The notes beneath the pieces were generated by a model, which had not been told where the DNA came from, made no database searches, and worked only from the letters and a program-made list of their open reading frames with translations. A program made the position numbers and the translations under genes. A DNA stretch of 64,000 nucleotides from an uncultured Chloroflexia bacterium (GTDB lineage Bacteria; Chloroflexota; UBA6077; JACCZL01): assembly GCA_963765765.1 (NCBI GenBank), contig CAVXYC010000020.1:448001-512000 (forward strand), written 5' to 3'. Below are positions 1 to 11,361 of the stretch, piece after piece (position 1 is the first letter of the stretch; each line of letters starts with the position of its first letter).

Positions 1-711
1 CGCTGCTGCGTACCTGGCCCACGGGCACGTTCATCGCCCGAAGCGCCTCACCGATACTTTGACCCTGCTGCCGCCCCGCATCGGTGAGATTGCGTTGCGT
101 GGCGCAGTTGGCCAGATTGTCGGGATCAGTATCACGCTCATTGGGGTCGGTGGCACCGTGGCGAAAGTACACCACGTGGCCGCCGCCTCGAAGCGCATCC
201 ACAAGCTGGCGGTCACCCTCCCACTCGAACCGCCGATCGTTCGGCCGCGTCTCCACGACCCCATCGTGGTTCACCCAGGTTCGATCCGACGCCACGAACA
301 TGACCCGGCCGTCCAGCGCCCGCAGCACAAGCAGGCCGTTCGTGGTCCGCTGCTCGGTGTTCCCATTGCCTGGGAATCTGTCGTTCCGGCTCCAGGCACG
401 TACCAACCTGCGATGCGCCGACGATATCTCGGAATGTCGCGAACCCCAGAACCATCTGGCACGCGACGGGGCTCGGCGCTGCCGCGGACACGGACGCTGG
501 CGAGGCGGCCGGAGCTGACCACTGGGCTCGCGGCAGCGAACGGACCACCGGCCGCTGGGCTTGCCACGGGGGACGCGACGGAGCTCGAGGTCACAGGAGC
601 TGGTGAAGCAGCGGTAGGCGGGGAGGCGGGCGTGGACGTGCTCGGCTGACACGCGCTCACTATTCCCGAGACGATAAGGGCAGCCGCCCAATACGACATG
701 ATTCGATGCAT
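1..711 (-). CDS. Secreted lipoprotein with C-terminal histidine-phosphatase domain (frameshifted; runs off left edge)
   Basis: Signal and lipobox (IVSAC), S/P/A linker, then CQMVLGFATFRDIVGASQVGTCLEPE in ORF 213..548; the reverse complement of about 1-200 reads GGHVVYFRHGATDPNERDTD (RHG motif). Confidence 0.7.
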
Positions 712-1542
712 GTGTATCTCCCTGTTACGACCCTATTCAGGCCGGCTTACGCCGCGAACCTTTCTCGTGAGCGAGCGTTATCGAAGATCCCGATACCTAC
801 ACTCGCTACGCTGAACCGATCCCGTGCAGGGGCACATTGGCTGAGAACCAGATCTATCTCAGCACGTCCATCCGATCCGAGTGCCAGTACCATCGTGAAT
901 GCCCGTCGGCGTCGCGCGATGGGTTCGGCGCAGTCATCACCCTAGGTGTCGACGTCGAACGCGTCAATGGCCCGAACGGGGTATTCGGGGCCCCAGCTCC
1001 TGAAGCTCATCACCGCTGGGTCGTGAGCAGAAGTTGGGCGTGCTGCGCACGAGTGGCGGTGTGTCGCGCCGGATGTGGCACGGCGGTGCAATGGCCAATC
1101 CGAACGCGCGGCCGAAGTGACGGGCGGCGCCAGCGGGAACTCAGCTTCGCCCGGCGGCGCTTTCCACGAAGCATCAGTCCCGGCCCTATGCTGCCTACTC
1201 GCGCGTGGTCGGTGGACGAAGTTGTCGCTTTGCCAAGGTGAGAGGCCAGATGGAGGATGGAACCACGCGGTATTCCGGCGAATTCAAGTGATCGGCTCAT
1301 TCTTACCGATCTCTGCGCGGAGTGGAATCGCCTGGACCACCTTCTCGCCGAACCTATGGCCGGCGAATCCGAGGTGGTGGGTGTTCTCGAATCGCAACCA
1401 GGGATGAACCGCCCTTGGGCGCGCTGCATGCGCCCCCCCAACTAGCTCTTTCAGACTAGTAGCAGTCGGTGGGATTCCTGCTATCGTTGAAGGCAAAAGC
1501 GTCCCCTTCCGATTAAGACGTCAGTGCTTGGTGGATTGACGT

Positions 1543-2682
1543 ATGCCGTACCGGATCATCCAACTCCTGGCTCCATTCCTGCATTGGCGGGGCCAAGCCC
1601 CAAATCCGCGGGCGGGCGGCTCCGCGCGTCGGTCTGCGAGCTGGGGCTGGATGCTCATTGTCGCCACATCCCTGGCGAGTGCGTGTGCAACCGCACCGCC
1701 GGCACCGACCCCTACGCCGGTTGTCATCGTCGTCACCGCCACACCGGCGCCAGCCACTATCGCCCCTCCCACTTCGGCCCCACCGACCCCAGGGCCTCCG
1801 ACGGCCGCCCCCATCGCCGGGAGTCCCGGTGCCAGCACGACCGGCGGTTTGGCAGACGGCGGAGATCAACGGCTGACGGTGGGCCGCGCTAACTTCTATC
1901 GCGGACTGGAGTTCACCGTGGAGGAGGCACGCACAGGCGCGACTATCGAGAATCAGCGAGCTGCCCGAGGCAAGACGCTGGTCGGCCTCCGTCTACGGGT
2001 GCACAATCCCAGTAATCAGCGCGTTCAATTCGCAAACGACCCGTTGACGAGTCTCCTTCGTTTGCAGCAGCCGAATGGCGCCAACCCCACGGCGGAGAAC
2101 GAGAATCCATTCATCCGCCCGATCCTGGAACCGCAGGCAACGATCGCGGGCTGGGCGTATTGGGAACTGGATCGTGCTGTGCCACTCGAGCCGCTCAAGC
2201 TCATGCTAGGCAAGAGCAGCGAGTCCACCGCAGTCATCTCCTTGAGCGGCCCGGAGGAGGTCATCGCGCCGCGAACGTTCGAGTACCTACGCAGTACGGA
2301 CGAGGTCCGGGGCCTGCTCTGGTCCTTGAGCGGTGGCACACTGCGGCTCGATTTACCCGGCCAGCAGGCCAATCCGGGCCAGGAGTTCATCGTGCTGAAA
2401 ATCCGCGCCACGAATCCCTCACCGGCCGAAGTGAATCTGCGAGATACAAGGTCCGTACCGCAAGATGGCCCTGGATACCTCCGCGTCGAGGCGGATAACG
2501 GCGTCCTCTTGCAGCCGAGCGCGGAGCTGGACGCGTTACCATCAAGGTTTCCGCCAAAGGCTGAGCAGGACTCGGTATATGCGTGGCAACTCCCGCGGGG
2601 CAGCCGGAATCCCAAGCTCGTCATCCTCTCGCCGGACGGCAGTCAGGCACGCCTGGAGATCGGCCTTCTTCCGCCCCCATGA
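1543..2682 (+). CDS. Lipoprotein with Pro/Thr linker and two Ig-like (DUF4352-like) domains
   Basis: Lipobox LASAC, PT-rich linker, two similar beta-rich segments (GKTLVGLRLRVHNPS and GQEFIVLKIRATNPS). Confidence 0.7.
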   Translation: MPYRIIQLLAPFLHWRGQAPNPRAGGSARRSASWGWMLIVATSLASACATAPPAPTPTPVVIVVTATPAPATIAPPTSAPPTPGPPTAAPIAGSPGASTTGGLADGGDQRLTVGRANFYRGLEFTVEEARTGATIENQRAARGKTLVGLRLRVHNPSNQRVQFANDPLTSLLRLQQPNGANPTAENENPFIRPILEPQATIAGWAYWELDRAVPLEPLKLMLGKSSESTAVISLSGPEEVIAPRTFEYLRSTDEVRGLLWSLSGGTLRLDLPGQQANPGQEFIVLKIRATNPSPAEVNLRDTRSVPQDGPGYLRVEADNGVLLQPSAELDALPSRFPPKAEQDSVYAWQLPRGSRNPKLVILSPDGSQARLEIGLLPPP

Positions 2683-3006
2683 CCGAGCTCAAGCCAAGGA
2701 GCCGTCAACTGCCGCGCGGACGAGTTTAACAACGGAGCTTCTGACTGGCTTTTGAACGTGGCAGAGGCCACCAGAGTTAGAGCCTGTTTCGAAAACCGTG
2801 TTGCCGTTCCTCACAGGAGCTCGGCACGGGTCGGGCCTCGGGGCGTTCAGGGCCGGGGCATTTACTCCACGGTAGTGCGTAGGGAATGGTCCGCGTCCCT
2901 GTTGAAGAAGCGTACGGTGAAGTCGCAGACGTAGGCACCGGCACCGCTCGCTGATACACTGCCTTGACCGGGGTGGCACGCACAGCAGTTCCAGGAGGAC
3001 AGCATC

Positions 3007-3120
3007 ATGCCAACCTACATCAGCCTTGGCAATCTCACCGACCAGGGCATCCGAAATGTAAAGGAGGTCCGTACCCGCGCTCAACGCGCGGAAGCGACTC
3101 GAGTTGCGGAATCTAGATCG
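3007..3120 (+). pseudogene. Truncated GYD-domain protein (N-terminal fragment)
   Basis: RBS AGGAGG, then MPTYISLGNLTDQGIRNVKE, a typical GYD-family start; similarity is lost where the convergent ftsH 3' end begins. Confidence 0.5.
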
Positions 3121-5169
3121 CGGGGACCGGCAATAGCCCGGCGGCCACGCCCGACGCCGAACCATTCGGGACTGGTTCAGGGACGCGTCGAAGTCCCGTG
3201 AGCTCAATGATCTCGCGCTCGTCCAGTGTCTCCCGATCCAGAAGTGCCTCGGCAATCACATCGAGAATGGGTCGATGGTGGCGCAATAGCCCCACGGCGT
3301 CGCCATAGTACTCGCTCAGCATACGGGCGACCTCAGCGTCAATGAGCGTAGCGGTGGCCTCGCTGTAGGGGCGGCTTATACCAGAGAATGACTCACCACC
3401 TCCGAGGAGCGGATTGCCCTCGGGCGCCAGCGCCACGGGGCCGATCTTCTCACTCATTCCCCAACGAGTCACCATTTGCCGCACGATGCTGGTGGCCTGG
3501 TGCATATCGTTCTCAGCCCCGGTAGTTCGGCTGCCAAAGACCACCTCCTCCGCGGCCCGGCCGCCCATCGCGCCCACGACTCGGGAACGGAGGTATTGCT
3601 CGTCATAGTTGTGGCGGTCATCAGTGGGTCGCTGGTACGTGACTCCCAGCGCCATTCCGTGCGGCACAATCGTCACCCGGTTCACCGGGACCGCCTCTGG
3701 CATCAGGAGCCCAAGCAGCGCGTGACCGCCCTCGTGGTAGGCCACGCGTTTACGCTCCTCGGCGCTCAATATCAGCGGACGTGCTGGCCCAAGAACGATC
3801 TTCTCGAGGGCATCTATGAAATCGATCTGGCGCACAGCGTCCATGCCGCGATGGGCAGCCAGGAGCGCGGCTTCATTCACGAGGTTTTTAAGGTCGGCGC
3901 CCACGAGTCCCGAGGTCGATGCCGCCAGATCATGTAGGTCGACCTCGGCGTCCAGCGGTACGGAGCGTGTGTGGACGCGCAGGATCGCTTCGCGGCCCAC
4001 TGTGTCCGGTGCCTGAATGGCGATACGCCGATCGAATCTGCCCGGTCTCAGGCGCCGGGTCCAGTACTTCCGGTCGATTCGTCGCAGCCAGGACGATAAC
4101 TCCGCCCTGGGTGCTGAAGCCATCCATCTCCGTCAGGATCTGGTTCAGCGTCTGTTCCTGCTCGCTGTTCCCGCCGCTGTAGATCGCCCCGCCCCGTGAG
4201 CGGCCGATGGCATCCAACTCATCGATAAAAATGATCACCGGAGCGGCAGCCTGGGCCTGTCGGAAAAGATCGCGGACGCGGCTCGCGCCGACACCTACGA
4301 TCATTTCCACGAATTCACTTGCGCCCATACTGAAAAACGGCACGGCGGCCTCGCCGGCTACGGCTCTGGCTAGCAGCGTCTTGCCCGTCCCGGGAGCGCC
4401 CACCAGCAGGACGCCTTTGGGTGCCGTGCCCCCCAAACGCGTGTATGACTTGGGGTCCTTCAAAAAGTCGACGATCTCGACCAGCTCCGCCTTCCCCTCG
4501 TCGATCCCGGCAACGTCATCGAAGGTGGCCTTGTTATCCCCGGGAGCCGTCTGGTCATACCGCTTCGCTCGACTCTTGCCCAGACCGAAGACACCGCCTC
4601 CAGCCGCGCCGGCGGCGCGACGGGAAAGCCAGATGAAGCCGCCAATCAGGAGGAGTGTGGGGCCGAAGCTGAACAGTAGTGTTGTGAGGGGATTCCGGGC
4701 TTCGTCAACCGGTTTCGCATTGATGACCACGGCGTGGTCGTTAAGCAGCGACTCCAATCCCCGGATCGGCAAACGCTGGCTGGACGGTGGAGAAGTCCGA
4801 GACCTGGATGGTCTTCTCGGCATCCGGCGGGTACGCCACCGGGGACCGGAACGACCCTTGAATCGTATCTGCTCGTGAGCGGATCTCCGTGACGTTGTCC
4901 AGGAGCACCTGTTGCTTGAAGAGCGTATAGGAGACCTCAACACGCTGTGGCTGGCCCGGGAATAAAAATGTAACGAAGACAAAGTTCGCCGCCAGCGTCA
5001 CCGCAAAAGTCAGCCACCACTGCCATCTCCACCGGAAGTGCCGAAGTGGATCCGGAACATCAGGGATCTTCTCTGGTGGCGTGTTACTGGCAGGAGGCGA
5101 TTCTCGCCGCGCCCCAGGGTTCGTCGGCGTCTCTATCTCCGCTCCGGATAACGGCGGTATGCGACTCAT
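3113..5169 (-). CDS. ftsH: ATP-dependent zinc metalloprotease FtsH (three frameshifted segments)
   Basis: Two TM helices, Walker A GAPGTGKT, Walker [23 protein letters not shown], Zn motif HEGGH, GAENDM; pieces are ORFs 4741..5205, 3930..4982 and 3113..4123. Confidence 0.92.
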
Positions 5170-5556
5170 GGAAAGCATCTCCCAGCGAGGCCGCGCCGCG
5201 CACATGCCTCCTGTCTCCGCTGCAGCAAGTCTCTACGACGCCACGGCAGGCTTCGCACGAGAATAGAATGTTAGCACAATGATAGCACATCGACAATTGA
5301 ATGTTAGTGATTCAGTAGCGCCATGTTACTATGTTGATAGCTCCCGTACGCGTGATCGGCCATTCCATAAGCCGACCAGGCGTTCGCGGAGTGAACACGA
5401 TCACGGCAACGTCCCTTGGCGAGTCGCGGGTTTGTGCGAGCGGTCGTGCCGCACGGCGCTCGGAAGGGCCAGGTGCGGGCGATGTTTGATTTCCTCCTAC
5501 GTCTGACGTGCGAAAGCCGTCCGATGCCTTGCGTCATGCTCTAAGAGGCCGGCGAT

Positions 5557-5811
5557 TTGCCGGACGGAATTGATATCGCATCGCTCGGCGTCGTAGAGTC
5601 GCGTGGCTCCTACGCGGGGCGGACCGTGACTTACTTCCGGGTTTTCGATCAGACGCGCGCCGCCGTCGAATACCCTGACGTATTCCACAAGCATCTGTTC
5701 CCGGGACACGCATACAGCAACTTGGATACGCATCCGCAGTTCGTGCTGCGCACCGGCATCCGCGAGCAGGACGGAGCGGTCGTCGTACACCAGCACAAGG
5801 CGACTAGTTAG
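5557..5811 (+). CDS. Small hypothetical protein
   Basis: 84-aa ORF with protein-like composition; start uncertain. Confidence 0.4.
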   Translation: MPDGIDIASLGVVESRGSYAGRTVTYFRVFDQTRAAVEYPDVFHKHLFPGHAYSNLDTHPQFVLRTGIREQDGAVVVHQHKATS

Positions 5812-6299
5812 ACACTACATGCGAGATGCGAGTTGGCAAGCGCAGGATCCGGTTCTTACTGCGGAACTTACTCCGCAGTACTCTCGCGACATTCCAACAG
5901 GGACGCCAGGCGGACGGCGGAATGAACTCCGCACCACGTGCGCCGACAGTTCTTCCCATCGCCGGCACAGCCGGCGACTAATTCACTCAGCTCAACTTGG
6001 GCGATCATCGCCGGGGCAGGCGATATAGAGCAGAAGCACTCGGTAGGACCACCGGGTGTTTCTGTCAATTACAGCCTGAAGTCTTTGGTGTCAGAAGACT
6101 TTAATCAGGTATGAAGATGCGGCCCCGGGCCTTACGCGCCTCTCATGAATACAAGGCCACTCGAATCGAGCATCGACGCTGTTGTTCATGGTATGTTGGT
6201 GCGCTCGAGCGCATGGAGTATCTCTCAGGATGATCAGAACTCAGCTTCTAATCTGGGCTTAGAACACTCGACGATATTGTCGTTGTCGTCGTCCGCTCA

Positions 6300-7108
6300 G
6301 CCCACGCCCGGGTGAAAGGCCAAGGGCGGCAGCGTGGCCGCCAGGGCCGCCAGTGGGCGAGCGAACCAACCGGCGCTCAGCATCAATCCATGGATCATTG
6401 CCTTCCTCCAAGTGCTCTTTAGCCTCGTTGTCCTCGTCATCCACAACGACCCGCACGGCGAAGCCGGTGGTCGTCCCGGTGCCCTCGTTCTTGACGACGA
6501 TAATGTCGTTGCGGCCAGCCCGCACCCATCCGCCGCCCGCTAGGCTTCGGCGACGAAGCCGGTGCAGGCGATGTAGGCGCCGGTGTACTGCTGGGCCCAG
6601 ATCGCGGTGTGCACCCCGGGCCGGGCCGCGGTGTGGGCCACCTCCGCCCACCGGTCGCTGGCAGACCTGGCCGTCCAGGATGTCGAGCGGCTGGCCGTCC
6701 GGGCCGAGCAAGAGGGCCGAGACCAGCTCCGGGGCGCGGTCGCTCGACGGGTTGCGCAGGCCGATGGTCACCGTCTCGCCGACCCGCGGGCGGTCGGCCG
6801 AGACGGCCGTCTCCCAGGGCCCGGCCAGCTCCGGGGCGTCGACGGGCCCAGAGCACACACGGGTATCCGGGTCGAACGCGGGCAGGTCCTGAGCCCCCGC
6901 GCCCGGAGTCGGCCGGGCCGCAAGTGTGCCCGCCAGCAGTGTTACCATCGCAATTCGCCACAACATTCGGGTTCGTCCAGGCTCCGACGATGGACAGCCG
7001 GCGCCCTCGCGCGCCGGGACGGACGCCCAGTAGCAGAGGCGCGGTCGGCAGGGCCGTCAGCGCGTGCCAGGCGCGAGCAGCTATCCGCGCGGATCGATTG
7101 GTCATCAC
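6300..7108 (-). pseudogene. Remnant of a fifth CARDB-family paralogue (signal-peptide start and C-terminal CARDB fragment)
   Basis: AGGAGG plus GTG start at 7108 with a leader like the paralogues; fragment GRNDIIVVKNEGTGTTTGFAVRVVVDDEDNEAKE at about 6410-6520 matches their last CARDB domain. Confidence 0.55.
6540..6966 (-). CDS. Small secreted protein (frameshifted) lying within the CARDB remnant
   Basis: Signal peptide MLWRIAMVTLLAGTLAARPTPGAGAQ; after a frameshift it ends WAQQYTGAYIACTGFVAEA with a stop at 6540. Confidence 0.5.
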
Positions 7109-7158
7109 GGTGTCCTCCTGTCACGGGCTCCCGGGCGGCGGCTCGGCCGCGCCCCGGC

Positions 7159-8539
7159 TCAGCCCTCGTCCCGGCAGCGCACGCTGGCCTGCAATTCGTT
7201 GTTGTCTTCCTTCGACTCGGCGACCGCCTCCTTCGCGTCCACCGTGGCCGTTAGCTCGCGCCGACCTCGCCGCAGCCGGACGTCGTCGAATGTGACCTCC
7301 GTCTCCTCACCGGCGGCGAGGCCGGTCACGGCCTTCTCCTTGACCTCATCGGCCTCGCCGTCGACGTCCACCCGCACCGCGAAGCCCGCAGCCGCCCCCG
7401 TGCCGCCGTTCCTGACCACCACGGTGAGGTCGTTCCTGCCGGGGTCGCAGGCGTTCCGTCCGCCCAGCTCCTCGCCTCTGACGCGGATGGCGGCTACCAC
7501 CAGGTCGGCCTGGCTGGCGCCGGCTCGGTGGGCCGGGGTCGGCGACGAGAGGGCTGACCGGCAAGCCGCCGATGTGGCTATCCGGCGCGACCCGGGCGGC
7601 CGCGTACGGCTGGGCGAACCAGTTATTGGTGTCGTTCTCCTCGAATATGCCCCGCGGCTCGTCCACGATCACCATCAGCGAGTGCTGGCCGATCGCGGGC
7701 AAGGAGGCGAGGACGCAGGGCTCGGCGTATTGGCCGGAGGCCAGGCCATTCACTTCCCGCGTTTGGATCGGCGGGCTGGTGCCGTCGAGGTAGAGCGCCA
7801 TCTGGAAGGGGGGCGCGTCCATCGCCCCACGGTTGAGCACTCGGACGCAGACCTGGTCCTGCGCGCCGCCCGCTCCCTCCGCGACCTTAATGGCCAGCGG
7901 ATCGAGGTCCGGCAGCGGGACCTGGCGGATCTGGTACTCGATGGAGACATCCCCGGGCCCGCCGGATCCATAGACGTTCCCGACATCCTTATTGAGCGTG
8001 GCCCGATCGGTGTGCATGCCGATGCCCCAGCCATTCTGCTCCGTCATGATCAGTTCGATGCGGCCGAGGAAATCGTCGAACACGAGATCCTGGTCGAAGC
8101 CGACAAACACGAGGCGATAGGCCTGACCCGGATATATGGGGATGCCGAACATCGGGGTGATGGACTCGTCAATGACCTTGTCGCGGGTCGATGGTATGGC
8201 CCGATCGAGCGTCACGGTCTCGCCGCTATCGGCGCCGAACTCGTTGAGCCCGAACTGGATGAGCTGCGTGCGGCAGGCGTGGTCCGAGGTGTCCGCCGGA
8301 CAGCCCGGGTTGACCTTGAGGAACCAGCCGTGGATCGTGATATCGCCCTCACTCTCCGGATCGTTATCGTTGAAGACAGTGATCTTGTTGATGACCACCA
8401 GCACCCGCGCGACCGAGTCATGGCGCGGGTCATGGTCAGCGCGCGCGGGGGCCACCGGGCCCGGCGCCGGCAGAAGCAGACCGGCGAGGGCGAGTGACAG
8501 CATGGCGCGTCGGACGGGCGCGAGCGTGCGGCGTGGCAT
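7159..8539 (-). CDS. Secreted protein, acidic beta-domain plus two CARDB domains (paralogue D)
   Basis: MPRR..ARA/DH signal, PLPDL..V.NRG..VDE..E.DTNN CARDB signature; the second CARDB is ORF 7159..7500 after a frameshift. Confidence 0.8.
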
Positions 8540-8566
8540 GGGGTGTTTGTCCTTTCTCACAGTCGG

Positions 8567-9949
8567 CTAGCGCGCAACGCAGTCCAGCTCGACATCTCGG
8601 GCGTTGTTGGCCTCGTCGCCTTCTTTGACCGTGTTGTCCGGGTCGGCGACAACCCGCGCGCTGCGCTCGCCCTCGAAGAAGGGCACGTTGTGGATCTCCA
8701 CCCGCCGCTCCGCCCCGCCGGCCAGAGCGCCGACGCTCGCCCGATCGCGCCGCTGGCCGCCCACGGCCAGCTCGACGGCGAAGGGGCCGGCCTCGGTGCC
8801 GCCAGCGTTCCGGATCGTCGCGGCGACGGTGTTGCGACCCCGGATCACGCAGCGCCCGCCGTCGGCGTGGCGGACCTCGACCGCGCCCACGCGCAGGTCG
8901 GGGGCCGCCGCGTCGACCAGCACCGGCAGCGAGCCGGCCGGGACGGCGGGCCGGGTGGGGCCGGGACGGCCGGACCGGCCAGTAGCCGGTCCCCTCGATC
9001 GGGTCGCACCCGGGCGCCGGGTCGGGGGTGATCGCCGGGTCGTCGGAGACGAGGACCGGGCGGTCCTGGAGCCCGGGCCGCGCGAACGGGCCGGGGTAGG
9101 CCTCCTCGCGGCGGTTGTTGTGCTCGTCCAACTCCGGACGGCGCGCTCCTCGTCCACCACCAGCGCCAGGCGGTGCTGCCCGGTGGTCGGCAACGGGATG
9201 GCCGTGCAGACCCCGTTGGTCTCCCCGGGGGCCAACTCGAACCCGGGCGTGTTGCCGCCCGGCGCCGGGGCGCCGTCGACGTGGAGCGTCATCCGGTACG
9301 GCCCGGAGGGCGCCGGGCCGCGTTCACAGCGGCCAGGCAGACGTCGCCGGTGTCGGCGTGCACCCGGATATCGGTTGGGCGCAGGTCCGGGAGCGGGGCG
9401 CGGCGGATCTCGTACTCGACGGAGAAGTCCCCGCGCGAGCCATTGGAGAACCGGGCCCGCTCGGTGTAGGAGCCCAGTGGACCCCAGCCGTTCTGCTCGT
9501 TCAGCACCCAGCGGAGCTCCCCGAGGTAGTCGTCGGGGGTGTAGCAGAGCGTACCGATGCTGTCACACCACGCGTCGTCCCATTCCCGCCCGACGATCCT
9601 GATCTCGTAGTCCCGGCCCGCGAGGACGGGGAAGCCCAGCCCCGTCTCCGGGAAGGCCCGATTCACGTGCTCGGTCTCGCCACCACTCGCGTCGAACCGA
9701 AACTCCTCGCTGGCCTGGGGGGCGTCGAGCCAGATGCTGATGTCGCCGCCGAACCACCAGTCCGAGTCGTCGTGGATCCTGAAGCTCTTAATCACGAATT
9801 CCAGCCGCGCCTCCGGGTCGTGGGCCGGCTCGGTGGTCCGCCCGGGCCGGGGCCGCCGGGCCGGGCGCCCAAGGCAGTAGCGCGGCCGCCAGACCCAGGG
9901 CCGTCAACGCGCGAGCGAACCACCCAGCTCTCAGCATGGACCTATCCAT
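8567..9949 (-). CDS. Secreted protein, acidic beta-domain plus two CARDB domains (paralogue C; several frameshifts)
   Basis: RBS GGAGG, MDRSMLRAG..PARA/DH; ORFs 9289..9795, 8567..9292 and 8436..9131 supply IHDDSD, PLPDLRP, VVDEER, DEHNN and EGDEANN motifs. Confidence 0.78.
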
Positions 9950-9965
9950 CGTTGCCTCCATCCAG

Positions 9966-11299
9966 TCAGGCTCTCTCGAGGAGGCGTGGCTCGCCGCTGC
10001 TTCCGCCCGCGCGGCAGTTGACCGTGACCTTGACCTCGTTGTTGCCCTTGTCCGCCTCGGCGATCGCCTTCCCGGCATCCACCGTGGCCTCGATCTCCCG
10101 CAGTCCCTGTCTCAAACGGACGCCCTGGAATCGCACCTCCGTCTCTTTCCGGCGTCAGCCCGGCCACGGTCTCCTCTCTCGCCTCTTCGTCCTCGCCGTC
10201 GACGATGACCCGCACGACGAAGCTCGTGCTCGTGCCGCCGCCCTCGTTCTTGACGACGACGGCGATGTCATTGCGGCCCGTCCGGCACCCGTCGGCCCCG
10301 CCCGGCTCGGTGCTGCGTACGAGGACGCCCCGCGCCCACAGGTCCGGCCGTGTCGGGACGGGTGTCGGCGTTGGGCCGGGGGCGACGGCCGGCCGGGGGA
10401 TGTAGATGTCCTCAAGGCTGTTGTTGGCCTCGTTGTACTCGACCACCTCCCGCCGCTCGTCCACGATTGCCGTGAGCACCCATGTGTCGCTCTCGGGCAG
10501 GTCGGTGCGGATGCAGATGTCGGCCGCCTCCCCCGAAGGGATGCCGCCCGAGTAGAAGTTGCCGTTGCGCGGGACGTCGTCGCCGACCTTGAGCTGCATC
10601 CAGAAGTTGCCCGACTCCCCCGACCCCCGGTTGACTACGCCGATGCACACCACGTCGTCCGGGCCGCCCGGCTCGTTCATCACCCTGATCCTCGTCGGGT
10701 TCAAGTCCGGCACCGGGGCGTAGCGGATCTCGAAGGTGAGCGCATAGTCTCCCAGGCGATCAAAATTGCCCTGGTCGTTATTGAAGTGGCTCCGCACGGT
10801 GTGGGTGCCGACGCCCCAGCCTTCCCGCCCCGCGAAAAGCGTTCGGGTCACGCCCAGATAGTCGGTACCGCTCATGAGCGCTGAGTCCCTCTCTTCAATG
10901 AAGGAGGACATGCCCAGCGTCTCGCCGGCGTACACCGGGAAGCCCGTCGCCTGTGACGCGTCGTGGCCTGAGCTCACGAGGTGGTTGGGGAGAGCGAGTC
11001 GATCCAGCGGGACGGTGTTCCCGCCGCTGCCGCTGAACGAGTGCCGGAGCACGCCGAGCCGGGAAGGTAAGGTTCAAGTGCAGCTCGCCTGCGCCCAGGA
11101 ACCAGCCCGGGTCGTGGTCGTCGTAGATGTAGACCTCCTTCAGAAAGAGCTGGAGCCGCGCCACCGGTTCGTGGCCGGCCTCGTGCTCGGCGCGCGCGGG
11201 CGGGGGGATGGTCGCCCAAGGCAGCAGCGTGGCTACCAGGGCCAGGGCCGCCAGTGAGCGGCCAGCCCGGCCGGCTTTCAGCGCGGATTGGTCATGCAT
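9966..11299 (-). CDS. Secreted protein, acidic beta-domain plus two CARDB domains (paralogue B)
   Basis: RBS GGAGG, PARA/EH signal, IYDDHD, PVPDLNP, VDERREVVEYNEANN; last segment ends NNEVKVTVNCRA..ERA with a stop at 9966. Confidence 0.8.
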
Positions 11300-11361
11300 C
11301 GTGTCTTCCTCCCATCTGACTACTGCAGAGCGGCAGGGTGATCGACTGCCAGTCCGGCTTC

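Noticed and set aside
720-1540. Several short ORFs in the gap between two lipoprotein genes
   Set aside because: No motif, RBS or consistent frame.
5270-5307. CIRCE-like sequence upstream of ftsH (ATAGCACAT-N8-GAATGTTAG)
   Set aside because: Only 6/9 matches in each arm and an 8-nt rather than 9-nt spacer.
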